Source: an uncultured Candidatus Saccharibacteria bacterium (GTDB taxonomy: Bacteria; Patescibacteriota; Minisyncoccia; Phycocordibacterales; UBA2100). Taken from it: a DNA stretch of 64,000 bases. The notes beneath the pieces were generated by a model. The model did not search any database. It saw only the letters and a list, made by a program, of their open reading frames with translations, and was not told the DNA's origin. Below, piece after piece: positions 1 to 9,849 of this stretch (position 1 is the first letter of the stretch; each line of letters starts with the position of its first letter). The stretch is from NCBI GenBank assembly GCA_964437185.1, contig CAYTFU010000005.1, positions 2,528-66,527 on the forward strand. The letters run 5' to 3'. A program made the translations under genes and the position numbers.

Positions 1-96
1 AAACGTTACGTTTCTCAACTCCTCTATTAAAACAGTGGTACCACTCGCCATATTCGAACGGGGCACGGTTTGCCATTCACTGAATTGTACCCGAAT

Positions 97-128
97 GCGA
101 TGAGATGACATCTCATCGCATTTTTATT
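97..128 (+). terminator. hairpin plus T-tract, Rho-independent terminator candidate
   Basis: gcgatgagatg/catctcatcgc inverted repeat followed by atttttatt; overlaps dcd stop region. Confidence 0.4.
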
Positions 129-759
129 GGTGGGCAGGGAAATCCTTTTTGAGCTTTTTGAGTTCGCCGCTGAATACGAGCTTCATCTCTGCGCCTTTTT
201 CTTTCTTTCCCTTATCCACCACATCCTTCTGGTGCCACCGGCTCTTGCGCGGCTCTACCTTGTGCTTCAACTCTTCAAATACAAGCTGACAAAATCGCTC
301 GCCCGGATGGAGTTGTATGACCTGCGAGCGCGTGTTGTTGCGTATCGGAAGCGTAAGCGGCCCTTCATAACCCGAATCAATAATGCCGGTGAGGTCTACC
401 GAGAGCCCCTTACGATTGACCGAGGAGCGCGGATAAAGCACTGCCATGAGATCGTCGGGCACTTTGATCGTCTCAAACGTCGAAACGAGCACATACTCTT
501 GCGGCAAGAGCTCAAAGCACTGCCCCTGCTCTAGTTCGATGACGTCGAAATATTCGGGCCCATGATCGCGTAGCGGATCGATCGAGAGTGCCTGCCGACC
601 CTTCGCGGTCATGCGCCACACCTTGGGAATGAGAAAGGTGAATCCGAGGCGAAGGTCGACCGCATGCATCTGAAGCTGAAACCGATCCAAGCCGGGCTTA
701 AACTCAATGTTCCCCGCCTGCACGCGTTCGAGTATTTCTTGCTTAGTAAGAATAGCCAT
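124..759 (-). CDS. dcd: dCTP deaminase
   Basis: 211-aa ORF, N-terminus MAILTKQEILERV and overall similarity to dCTP deaminase/dUTPase-fold family. Confidence 0.85.
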   Translation of the reverse strand: MAILTKQEILERVQAGNIEFKPGLDRFQLQMHAVDLRLGFTFLIPKVWRMTAKGRQALSIDPLRDHGPEYFDVIELEQGQCFELLPQEYVLVSTFETIKVPDDLMAVLYPRSSVNRKGLSVDLTGIIDSGYEGPLTLPIRNNTRSQVIQLHPGERFCQLVFEELKHKVEPRKSRWHQKDVVDKGKKEKGAEMKLVFSGELKKLKKDFPAHQ

Positions 760-762
760 GGT

Positions 763-1599
763 TTAGAGGACGATTTGCAAGCCGGTGATTGCGGCGTGAG
801 GCTTGTATTGTAACGTAAATTGCGAAACGATGCCCTCGACAAGTCTGTGATCGCGCTTCTCCGCCTTTTCGAAGGAACCTTTGGGCAATACGATCGAAAT
901 GGGGGCGTGAGCGGTGTCGCGCCGGAGAAGCTCTTCCACCGCCTCATATTGGTTATCGTAGATGTGCGCATTTGAAATCGAATGCGAGTATACACCAGGC
1001 TTCACGCCAAGTTTTTGCGCGAGGATCATTTGCAGAAGAGCGAATCCCGCGACATCCGAAGGAAAACCGAGCACCATGTCGTTGGACCGAACGATGTTGT
1101 GAAAGTGTAGTCGCCCACCAATAATGTTGACGGTAAACGAATACGGGCACGGCACATTTGCGCGCGCCGTCCCGCCCAAGCCATCGCTCCCCGGATCCCA
1201 TGTCACGACGACCGCGTGGCGCGATGTCGGATCTTTCTTCAACAAATCGACGAGGAGCTTGAGCTGATCGCGCCCGAAGTGCTTGCGCCACCGATATCCG
1301 TACGCCACCGTCACCACGTCGGCGGGATTGGTAAAACTGTCCCAGATTTTTGTAAAGTCGCGCAAGAAATCCGCAGGCTTGCGTCCACCTGCTATAAACC
1401 ACACTTGTTCGGCGACAAACATTTTCACCGGAATTTTGCGCAAGGTGAGGAGTGGAAAGCCATCGCGCTCGATATCGTGTGAGAAGTGGAGACCTGGCAC
1501 TGCTTGTACCTCGTGCCCTGTCCTCGCATTTTTCTCGCGCTCCCCTCGCCCGACGATTTCCCGAAGTAGCCCCTGATACGTCTCGTCGAAGCGCGCCAT
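763..1599 (-). CDS. thyA: thymidylate synthase (folate-dependent ThyA)
   Basis: ThyA-like blocks (FHNIVRSNDMVLGFPSDVAGFALLQMILAQ); start placed at MARFDETYQ inside the longer 763..1665 ORF. Confidence 0.9.
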   Translation of the reverse strand: MARFDETYQGLLREIVGRGEREKNARTGHEVQAVPGLHFSHDIERDGFPLLTLRKIPVKMFVAEQVWFIAGGRKPADFLRDFTKIWDSFTNPADVVTVAYGYRWRKHFGRDQLKLLVDLLKKDPTSRHAVVVTWDPGSDGLGGTARANVPCPYSFTVNIIGGRLHFHNIVRSNDMVLGFPSDVAGFALLQMILAQKLGVKPGVYSHSISNAHIYDNQYEAVEELLRRDTAHAPISIVLPKGSFEKAEKRDHRLVEGIVSQFTLQYKPHAAITGLQIVL

Positions 1600-1655
1600 G
1601 GAGGTATTGTACGCGCCGTCCGCAGGCCCGCAAACACGTGGTACATTTCGGGCAT

Positions 1656-2144
1656 ATGGTGGCAATAGAGTATCCCTACCTCCCTACTGGCCGAACAATC
1701 GAGTACGTCGGCGAACAACATGCATGTATGCGGGAGGCGCGCGAGTACGCGCGCCTCCACTCCCTCGACCACGCGGTACCGACCGGCTCCATCGTTGTAA
1801 AAGACGAGCTCATTCTCGGTCGCGGCGCGAACGGCAGTTCGTACCACGCCGAGCACGGTTGCGAGCGAGTACGGCGCGGCGTCCCCACCGGCCACGGCTA
1901 TGAACTGTGCGAAGGATGCAGCCCCGTAAACCACTGCGAGCCACGCGCAATCGCCGACGCAATCGCACGCGGCGGAGCAACAGTTGGCGCGGATCTCTAT
2001 CTCTGGGGCCACTGGTGGTGCTGCGAGCCCTGCTGGCGAGCCATCATAGAAGCTGGCATTGATCACGTATACCTACTCGAAGGGAGCGAGAGACTGTTTA
2101 ACAAGGCGAATCCCGCCAATATTATCGGACGGCAGTTTTCATAG
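1656..2144 (+). CDS. dCMP (deoxycytidylate) deaminase, cytidine-deaminase-fold zinc enzyme
   Basis: HAEHGCE and PCEPC zinc-ligand motifs; start placed at MVAIEY within the 1452..2144 ORF; divergent from thyA. Confidence 0.8.
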   Translation: MVAIEYPYLPTGRTIEYVGEQHACMREAREYARLHSLDHAVPTGSIVVKDELILGRGANGSSYHAEHGCERVRRGVPTGHGYELCEGCSPVNHCEPRAIADAIARGGATVGADLYLWGHWWCCEPCWRAIIEAGIDHVYLLEGSERLFNKANPANIIGRQFS

Positions 2145-2158
2145 TACAATGGCCTCTC

Positions 2159-2791
2159 ATGCAGCGCGGGAAATTCATAGTTTTCGAAGGCGGTGATGGA
2201 TCCGGAAAAGATACCTTCATCGCGCGTCTTAAGGAAAAGTACGCTTCGCGCACAGACCTCGTCTTTACCCGCGACCCAGGCGGCACCGAGCTCGGCGAAG
2301 CGATCCGCAACCTCATACTTTCGCACTCCACAAAATCGATCAGCGTCCGTGCCGAAATTCTCGCATTTCACACCGCACGCGCGGAGCTCGTCGCGAGCGT
2401 GATCGCGCCCGCCCTCGCCGCAGGTAAAAGCGTTATTTCGAATCGATTTGAACTTTCAGCTTTCGCATACCAAATCTACGGACGAGAACACCCCGAGCTC
2501 TTGCCATTTGTGAAGCAGTTGAGTGAGTTTGTAATACAAGATTGCACACCCGATATGTGCATCTTTCTCGACGTGCCCCCGCGTCTTGCCCTGGAGCGCA
2601 CGCGACAGCGGCCCGAAGAGCCGAGCCGCTTCGACGAGGAGAGCGTTGCATTCCACGAACGCGTCAACGGCGGTTACAAAAAGCACCTAGCCGATTTCGG
2701 CCAGCCCGTGATTGTTGATTCCGGCCGCACCATCGACGAGGCGTGGCCAATCGTCGAGAAGGCAGTAGAATCAATTTTGCCAACGCTATGA
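2159..2791 (+). CDS. tmk: thymidylate kinase
   Basis: FIVFEGGDGSGK P-loop, 210 aa. Confidence 0.9.
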   Translation: MQRGKFIVFEGGDGSGKDTFIARLKEKYASRTDLVFTRDPGGTELGEAIRNLILSHSTKSISVRAEILAFHTARAELVASVIAPALAAGKSVISNRFELSAFAYQIYGREHPELLPFVKQLSEFVIQDCTPDMCIFLDVPPRLALERTRQRPEEPSRFDEESVAFHERVNGGYKKHLADFGQPVIVDSGRTIDEAWPIVEKAVESILPTL

Positions 2792-2831
2792 TTTAGCGTT
2801 CCAACATTTTAATAGCATCATTTATTTTTTT

Positions 2832-4100
2832 ATGAATGACTACGCACACATTCAAAAGCAAGATCCGGATGTTTTTAAAGTATTAGAGGGCGAAGAAACG
2901 CGCGAGGCCGAGGGGCTCGAGCTCATTCCGTCGGAAAATTACGTCTCAAAAGCCGTGCGCGAGGCCAACGGCTCGTGCTTTACCAACAAATATTCCGAAG
3001 GCTACCCGGGCAAGCGATACTACGGCGGCCAGACCTACACCGACGAGGTAGAGACAATTGCGATTGAGCGCGCGAAGAAGCTCTTCAACTGTCAATTCGC
3101 AAACGTGCAAACGCACGCAGGCGCGCCTGCGAACGTCGCAATGTACTTTGCTCTCCTTCAGCCAGGCGACACTGTGCTCGGCATGGATCTCTCGCACGGC
3201 GGCCACCTTACGCACGGACACCCTGTCACGTACCTAACGAAGATTTTCAACTTCGTCCGCTACAAGATGAAGGATCCCAACACGGGAGAAATTGATTACG
3301 ATGAGATGCGCAAAGTCGCTCTCGAACACAAGCCCAAAATCGTCCTCGCAGGTTTTTCCGCATACCCACGCGAGCTCAACTACGCGAAGTTTGTCGAGAT
3401 TGCCCGCGAAGTCGGTGCATACGCAATCATGGACGTCGCCCACATCGCAGGCCTTATCGCTGGCAAGGCGGTGAAAAGCCCGTTTGACTTTGGCTTCGAC
3501 GTGATGACATCGACTACGCACAAAACCCTTCGCGGCCCACGCGGCGGCCTCATCCTCACGCGCGAGAATGAAGAAATCGCGAAGAAAATCGACAAATCCG
3601 TCTTTCCCGGCCTCCAAGGCGGCCCCATCATGAACACCGTCGCAGCCAAAGCTGTGTGCTTCGGCGAAGCGCTCCTGCCATCGTTCCAGACCTACGCATC
3701 GCAAATCCTTAAAAACGCTAAGGCTATGGAAGAAGTCTTTCGCTCCAATAACATCCGCATGCTCACTGGCGGCACGAGCAACCACCTTATCCTCGCCGAC
3801 GTCTTCGGCAGCCTCGGTATGCCCGGCCAAGAAGCCGAGACGCTGCTCGACAAAGCGGGCATCACGCTCAACAAAAACTCGATTGCAGACGACACGCGCA
3901 AACCGATGGATCCTTCCGGCATCCGCTTCGGCACGCCCGCAATCACGACACGCGGATTCAAGGAAGCGGAGTGCAAACGCGTGGCTGAATTGATGGTGGA
4001 CGTCATGAAAAATAAAGACGACGCAAAAAAGCAGTCAGAAATCCGCGAAGAAATCCGCACCCTCTGCCTCAAATTTCCCATCCCCGAGTCGTTTGTGTAA
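2832..4100 (+). CDS. glyA: serine hydroxymethyltransferase
   Basis: 422 aa, SHMT blocks (PSENYVS, YSEGYPGKRYYGG, TTHKTLRGPRGG). Confidence 0.95.
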   Translation: MNDYAHIQKQDPDVFKVLEGEETREAEGLELIPSENYVSKAVREANGSCFTNKYSEGYPGKRYYGGQTYTDEVETIAIERAKKLFNCQFANVQTHAGAPANVAMYFALLQPGDTVLGMDLSHGGHLTHGHPVTYLTKIFNFVRYKMKDPNTGEIDYDEMRKVALEHKPKIVLAGFSAYPRELNYAKFVEIAREVGAYAIMDVAHIAGLIAGKAVKSPFDFGFDVMTSTTHKTLRGPRGGLILTRENEEIAKKIDKSVFPGLQGGPIMNTVAAKAVCFGEALLPSFQTYASQILKNAKAMEEVFRSNNIRMLTGGTSNHLILADVFGSLGMPGQEAETLLDKAGITLNKNSIADDTRKPMDPSGIRFGTPAITTRGFKEAECKRVAELMVDVMKNKDDAKKQSEIREEIRTLCLKFPIPESFV

Positions 4101-4223
4101 AGACGGATGAGGTGACCCTCTCTCGTGTCCGCGACTTGAGAAAAAAGTGTTTGCCAACAGTCGCGCTTAAGGCACTTTCTCATCTATTCGTTTCTGGCAG
4201 CTCTCCGGCGATCTAACGACCTA

Positions 4224-4321
4224 TTGTTTATCTCTGACGGCCGTCAAAGATAAACAATACTTCTCCGCAAGGAGATGAGAGGGCTTTTTAAAAATAACGA
4301 TTTCGTAAATCGTTATTTTTT
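4224..4321. terminator. two adjacent palindromes (17-bp arms 4224..4257; 14-bp arms 4291..4319 with flanking A/T tracts), bidirectional terminator candidate
   Basis: ttgtttatctctgacgg/ccgtcaaagataaacaa and aaaaataacgattt/aaatcgttattttt inverted repeats between convergent genes. Confidence 0.45.
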
Positions 4322-4466
4322 ATGAAAACCTCACACTCCTTTGTCTCTTTTGAATTCACCATTCGACTTCGCTCATGGTAAACCTGAATGATGCGCTCAA
4401 AAGAGTGGGGCATTTTTACGTGTTGCCCCAAGTCCACGGCGGGTTTCGGACCCGCAAAGATCAACC

Positions 4467-4955
4467 CTAGGACGCAGCGCGTGCCGCCGCGGCCCTTAAG
4501 GCCTCGGCGATCGCCGGTCCGCGGGCGTTTATTCGGTTTATCCAATCAACGCCCGCGATTGCGCCGTGGATCGCGGAATAGCCCTCCCAGCCATCGGCAA
4601 GCCGATGGACTGGCGCAGGTTTGTCGAGGAATTTGGCCGCCCTGTCCACGGCCTCCCGGAACTCCGGGAGGTACTCGAGGGCATTTTGCCCCCTCTTGGG
4701 CAGGGAGTCGTCATACTCCCCAAGGTCGACGAGGTCGACCCTCCGAATCGAGAGAGCGGGGTCGTCGGGCACAAAGACCCAACTTCCCCGAAGATACGAG
4801 CGATTTTGCTCGTCGTTAAATTTTTTCGCGCCCGAAATTTCAATCGCCCAGCCAGCTGGCCTGGGCGGGAGTGTTCCGCAGGCGTAGGTCGGCCAAACCT
4901 TGGCCGGCACTCTCGCGATCAAAAGAAATTTTCCCATGTCGTACATGTCAGTCAT
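4467..4955 (-). CDS. hypothetical protein in GC-rich island
   Basis: ORF 4467..4985, start placed at MTDMYDMG; region 4400..5090 visibly GC-richer than flanks; no recognisable motif. Confidence 0.4.
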   Translation of the reverse strand: MTDMYDMGKFLLIARVPAKVWPTYACGTLPPRPAGWAIEISGAKKFNDEQNRSYLRGSWVFVPDDPALSIRRVDLVDLGEYDDSLPKRGQNALEYLPEFREAVDRAAKFLDKPAPVHRLADGWEGYSAIHGAIAGVDWINRINARGPAIAEALRAAAARAAS

Positions 4956-5335
4956 TTCTCTGCCCTCCTTAAGGGCGTCTCGCACAATCCGTGTGCGAAT
5001 TCGGTTGGCCAGTGCTGTGCGCTGGCCGATGAACGTATCCCAGCAAGACCACCTTGATGGGCAATGAGCCCGCCCGAAGGCGGCAATTTAAGGATGCATT
5101 ACCATGCGATCCCTCTTTCCTGCACTAGGCGCACAGCCTACTGCGGGAGAAGAGGAATAACAGCGTGTACCTGAAGTACGCATGATTCCAGTTCTACCTA
5201 TTTATCTGTCAGAGAGCGCATCGGCGAGGCAATTTGGGCACAATGCCGAATGGCTTGTAAGTTTAACATGCTAACATGTGTTTGTCAAGTGAAATATGGC
5301 GAATTGTGGACATTTTTGGGGGTATAATCCTCCAA

Positions 5336-5956
5336 ATGCCTGAAATATCACTTACCGTCCTCGTCCAATTCTTCGGCTACCCCGGCCTCTTCACCGCAGT
5401 ATTTCTGGAATCGGGCCTCCCGATCGGTTTTTTCCTTCCCGGCGCCTCGATGCTTTTTACGGCCGGACTTCTCGCATCGCAGGGATTTTTCAATATTTGG
5501 ATTCTCATTCCCCTCCTCACGCTCGGCGCGATTTTGGGAGACAACGCGGGCTACTGGCTTGGAGCAAAGCTCGGCGTGCGACTTTTCCTTCGTCCTGATT
5601 CTCGATTTTTTCATCACGCGCATTTGGCGCGCGCGAAGGAATTTTACGAGAAGCACGGCATGCTCGCGATAGTGCTTGCGCGCTTTGTGCCTATCGTGCG
5701 CACCTTTACTCCGATTGTCGCGGGCATTGTGCGAATGAATTACCGCACTTTCATCATGTACAACATCGTGGGCGCGCTCTCGTGGGCTTCGGGCGTTACG
5801 TACATTGGGTACCTGCTCGGCGAAAAGATTCCCGGCGTAGAAAAATATCTCTCCCCCATTCTTCTCGGCATCATCGTGCTCACCTGCATCCCGCTCGGTG
5901 TGCAATTGTGGAAAAATTGGAAATCTCCCACACCGCCCACTACACCACTTGCCTAA
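5336..5956 (+). CDS. DedA / SNARE-associated (TVP38) family membrane protein
   Basis: VFLESGLPIGFFLPG DedA signature, multiple TM segments; start placed at MPEISLTV. Confidence 0.75.
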   Translation: MPEISLTVLVQFFGYPGLFTAVFLESGLPIGFFLPGASMLFTAGLLASQGFFNIWILIPLLTLGAILGDNAGYWLGAKLGVRLFLRPDSRFFHHAHLARAKEFYEKHGMLAIVLARFVPIVRTFTPIVAGIVRMNYRTFIMYNIVGALSWASGVTYIGYLLGEKIPGVEKYLSPILLGIIVLTCIPLGVQLWKNWKSPTPPTTPLA

Positions 5957-5963
5957 GACGCGT

Positions 5964-6779
5964 TTACCCTTTGAAGCCTTGGCGTAAGAGGGCGAGGCCA
6001 CCCCAGAGTCCGCCTTCGTCTTTGAGTGTCGAGTGAACGATCTCAGGTACCGAGGAAAATTTCTTCATAATGCGCTTCACGTGCGTCGCCACGCTCTCGA
6101 CGGGAATTCCTATTTCGTTGAACATAGAACCTCCGAGCACTACGCGGTCGGGCGACCAGTGGAGAATGCTGTTGTGCACACCGACCGCAGTTATTTTGGC
6201 GAGTTCCTCCCACACAGGATCATCTTTTGCGACTTCTTTTGGCGGCTTGCCAAATCTTTTTGAGATCACGGTACCCGAAATCAAATCTTCAAGCGTTTGC
6301 ACGCCATCTGCATCAAGGTATTGCCCTCCCATTTCTGCGCGACCGCGGTCAATCGCCCCGCCGATGATTCGGACGCCGTTTACACCCGTCGAGACTGTCA
6401 TATAGAAAACGACCGGAGCGCCCATGCCCGCACCATACACGGCCTCGCCAAGTCCCACCTGCGCCGTATCGTTTTCAAGAAAGACCCGCGTCGATAGCGC
6501 TTTTTCGATATCACCGGCAAGTTCGTGGCCTACCCATTGCGGAAGGTGTCGCGCCTCGCCAATGGTGCGTTTGTTGTCGGAAAGTGGGCCGGGGACGCCG
6601 ATTGCGATAGCCTCAATCGCACGATTACCGGCCGTCTGCCGCACCGCGTCGCAAAAGCGCGTAATGCCTTCGCGGTAATCTTGCGACGTATCAAATTTGC
6701 TCGGCGCATCGTACTGTTCGAGACTCGCACAACCTGCGATGCGCGTCTTGCTGCCCCCTATGTCGGCGACGATATACAT
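5964..6779 (-). CDS. ROK family sugar kinase (glucokinase-like)
   Basis: IGGSKTRIA N-terminus, ENDTAQVGLGE ROK signature. Confidence 0.8.
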   Translation of the reverse strand: MYIVADIGGSKTRIAGCASLEQYDAPSKFDTSQDYREGITRFCDAVRQTAGNRAIEAIAIGVPGPLSDNKRTIGEARHLPQWVGHELAGDIEKALSTRVFLENDTAQVGLGEAVYGAGMGAPVVFYMTVSTGVNGVRIIGGAIDRGRAEMGGQYLDADGVQTLEDLISGTVISKRFGKPPKEVAKDDPVWEELAKITAVGVHNSILHWSPDRVVLGGSMFNEIGIPVESVATHVKRIMKKFSSVPEIVHSTLKDEGGLWGGLALLRQGFKG

Positions 6780-6782
6780 GAC

Positions 6783-7763
6783 TCACTGCGCAATGCGCTT
6801 CTTAAATTCCGCAACCAACGGCGTCTCAGGATTCGGAACGCCGTAATCATTTGCGAGCGTGAAAGACACCCAATCGGCGAGAATTGCAGAATTGAGCGCT
6901 TTTTCAAATCCCGTTTTCCCCGCAAGCGCAATTTTCTCCACCGGAATCCCGCGCTCACCGAGAATTTCCGCCGCCACCTTCATCCGTTCAACAACGCGCG
7001 GGTGGTCACTAAAATCCTGCAAGAAAAGCGCGTGCATATTGCCCGAAATGGAGCGCGTGGAATCCGCGACATCAAAGCCCGAAAGCTCATTGTGGCAGAG
7101 CTCGGGGAAGACGTTGCAAAATGCGGGAATCTTCGATGTCTCGTTGAACTTTATTTTCCAAATGTAGGAGATCGGCACGTTCGCCGCCGATGAATAAATG
7201 AGGGGTACTTTGCCGCGAAGCGCTGCCGCGAGGCGCTCCCCCTCCGCCTTTCCGACCGTCGGATCGACGCGCTTGCCGGACGCGCGAATCGAATCTTCGA
7301 GCATAGGATTACTCATGAGGCGCGCCATAGCGATCATGGAGTAGCCGACCGCCATGCGCGGCTGAAGGCCCGTCTGCGGAATAAGGATGAGCGGCGCGCG
7401 ATGTTCGCGAGCAAATTCCGCGAGCTTCCCTCCCGTCGTCGCGGCAACGACCGGCAATCTCCGCTCAAGCGCAGTGCGCGCCGCATCGAGCGTTTCCTCC
7501 GTCGTCCCTGAATAAGAACTCAAAATCACGAGCGTATCCCGCGCCTGATCGGGCGCCACATCGGGAAGACTGTAGTCTCGATGAATCTCAATATTTGAAA
7601 CCGCTCCAAAACGCTTGATGAGCCACGCACCCAAGTGCGACCCACCCATTCCTGCAACAATATAATGTTTAAATGGCCGGAGCGTTTCTCCCCTCTCGAC
7701 CTCCGGTACCCAATCAAACTGCGCGCTGAATTTTGCAAGCGTATCTCCAATCATGACCGGCAT
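6783..7763 (-). CDS. bifunctional phosphoglucose/phosphomannose isomerase (SIS domain, archaeal type)
   Basis: GMGGSHLGA and SYSGTTEET SIS motifs, about 325 aa. Confidence 0.75.
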   Translation of the reverse strand: MPVMIGDTLAKFSAQFDWVPEVERGETLRPFKHYIVAGMGGSHLGAWLIKRFGAVSNIEIHRDYSLPDVAPDQARDTLVILSSYSGTTEETLDAARTALERRLPVVAATTGGKLAEFAREHRAPLILIPQTGLQPRMAVGYSMIAMARLMSNPMLEDSIRASGKRVDPTVGKAEGERLAAALRGKVPLIYSSAANVPISYIWKIKFNETSKIPAFCNVFPELCHNELSGFDVADSTRSISGNMHALFLQDFSDHPRVVERMKVAAEILGERGIPVEKIALAGKTGFEKALNSAILADWVSFTLANDYGVPNPETPLVAEFKKRIAQ

Positions 7764-7862
7764 TGTAACATCTCTCCGCCGCATCGATGAATGCGCTATT
7801 GTATCGATGCGGCATAAGGGGCCGTAGTCCCAAATAACTATCTTGTTATTTGTGAACGGACC

Positions 7863-9848
7863 CTAAGGCGTAGGGTTGCAGTTGGCGCTAATACCCAACT
7901 CCTCAACCCGATCTAAATACTTAACGACCGCGGCCACATATGAGGCATGCGCCCATGTGAGCGGCGCCGCGCACACCTGCTCGCCAGTATTTGGGTTGAG
8001 CTGCTCGGAAAGCACGCCAGAAGGTTGTGCGTGCCGGACAACCCAGCTAAATATTTCGCGCACACGATCAAGATCGGATTCTGTTCGCGCATTCGCGATG
8101 AGGTACTCTGCATAAAAGAGCGTTGTGAGTACCCACGGATTGCCCGTCGATGCACCCGGCACACGATAATAGTCGTCGTTTTCAAAACGCGCGATGCCGC
8201 CGATCGACACGCCGTGACTCAAAACCTCAACGCTTTTTTCAAACGCACGGGCAAGTTTTGGGTCGCCGGGCGGGAGCAGGCCGAAGGCGAAGACTCCGTA
8301 AACGCTCGAAATGTCGATAGTTTTGTCGTACACGAGCGATCCGTCTTTCCAATTGACGAGCTTCACAAACGTGCCGAGTTGATCATCCCAAAGATATTTT
8401 AGGACAGCATCCCGTATTTCTGAGGCAGCGTGGCGATATCGAGTCTCGTGCGACTCTTTACCTAATATTTTTGACATCTCGGCTGCGGCGATAAGCGCGC
8501 CATACACCGTCGCGGCTGTAAAGGTGGAACATCCGCGCAGTCGCTCCCACAAATCGTACGACGGACGAGGCAGCTTCGTCTGCGGATCGCGATAGTCGAC
8601 AAGAAAATCCGCCGGACGTTCGACCAGAAGGTTGTAGTTGGATTCTAGAAATTCGAGGTTGCGGCTGTGCTTGTAGTGTTCCAAGAGCGCGTAGACGACG
8701 AGTGCCGTTTCATCTTCTTGGATCGGCAATTGCGGATGACCGTCGCGAATCCAGGGGTGCCACGACGAACCGAGCGATTTGTCCGGCAAATACTTGTGCA
8801 TGAGGTACCCCTCTTTTGTTATGACGTCTTTGCAAAATTCGAAAAAGCGTTTTGCGACGGCGCCCTCCCCGGCCATGTCGAGCGACATCGCCACGTACGC
8901 GCCGTCGCGCGGCCACACATAACTATACGTATCGAGCCCATACTGCATCATGTCTGAATCGGTGGACGCGATGATGCCACCGTCTTTGTCGACGTGCGCG
9001 CGGATGTACATGAGCGAGCGGCGGAAAAGCGCTACGTGCTCTTTTGAGAGTCCGTAAAATTTCCAATCGTACGCATGCACCCACGCACGCCAAAACGCGG
9101 TCGTGGTGCGAAGCAAATGCTCCGGCATCTTTTTTACGACCACCTGATTGAGCTCATGCGCCTCAGGGATTGACTGCGCTGCGACCATCCAGTAATGACA
9201 CGTGCGCGATTGCCCGCCTGCGTAGCGAGCATAGAGACCGATGATGGAATCCGCCGGGCCGTGTTCTATCGGATTTTTGGAGAGCACGCCATCATCCCCA
9301 TCGCGATACGTCCCTTCGAGACCAGCGAAATTTACGCGCCCCGTCGCATAATCTTCAAACGGCACGCCGTCGAGGAGTGCGCGTATGAGAAACACCCGAT
9401 GCCCCTTGTAGTGGATCAGTGAGTGCGACCCGGGGTCGAAATATGCCGTATCGCTGCCGTGCGATTTGTAAATCTCAAACTCATGCCCGAAATACAGTTT
9501 GATATCCCTCGATTCCTCCGAAGTATTGGTGACAACGACACGGCGTACAAATACGGGCCGCTCGTTGTATACGGTGTCGGTAAGCGCGAGATCGACGCCG
9601 AGTTTTCTATTTCGCGCAATGACCGAGCTCACAAGCGCTTCCTCCTCGCAAGAAATATTGATCTCCCAATCGGCATCTTGCGACAGCCAACTAATTTTTC
9701 CGTCGACCCACACACCGAGACGATGAAGGTAGTGTCCTCGCACGTGATCCTCGAGTCCGACATGCGGATAGTAAATGTCTCGCACCTCGGCATGCTTATC
9801 GAGCGCGATGCACAGCTCGCCGTTTGATAAGACAATTGAGCGCGACAT
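7863..9848 (-). CDS. glycoside hydrolase family 15 (glucoamylase / glucodextranase-like)
   Basis: 661 aa with GH15 N-terminal beta-sandwich plus (alpha/alpha)6 catalytic-region blocks (WPRDGAY, LWEE-like, TWAHASYV). Confidence 0.85.
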   Translation of the reverse strand: MSRSIVLSNGELCIALDKHAEVRDIYYPHVGLEDHVRGHYLHRLGVWVDGKISWLSQDADWEINISCEEEALVSSVIARNRKLGVDLALTDTVYNERPVFVRRVVVTNTSEESRDIKLYFGHEFEIYKSHGSDTAYFDPGSHSLIHYKGHRVFLIRALLDGVPFEDYATGRVNFAGLEGTYRDGDDGVLSKNPIEHGPADSIIGLYARYAGGQSRTCHYWMVAAQSIPEAHELNQVVVKKMPEHLLRTTTAFWRAWVHAYDWKFYGLSKEHVALFRRSLMYIRAHVDKDGGIIASTDSDMMQYGLDTYSYVWPRDGAYVAMSLDMAGEGAVAKRFFEFCKDVITKEGYLMHKYLPDKSLGSSWHPWIRDGHPQLPIQEDETALVVYALLEHYKHSRNLEFLESNYNLLVERPADFLVDYRDPQTKLPRPSYDLWERLRGCSTFTAATVYGALIAAAEMSKILGKESHETRYRHAASEIRDAVLKYLWDDQLGTFVKLVNWKDGSLVYDKTIDISSVYGVFAFGLLPPGDPKLARAFEKSVEVLSHGVSIGGIARFENDDYYRVPGASTGNPWVLTTLFYAEYLIANARTESDLDRVREIFSWVVRHAQPSGVLSEQLNPNTGEQVCAAPLTWAHASYVAAVVKYLDRVEELGISANCNPTP

Positions 9849-9849
9849 A

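Noticed and set aside
953-2066. ORFs 953..1633 (-) and 1425..2066 (-) overlapping thyA and the dCMP deaminase
   Set aside because: These are alternative frames or strands of well-supported genes. Their Arg/Ala-rich low-complexity translations are typical of out-of-frame GC-rich sequence.
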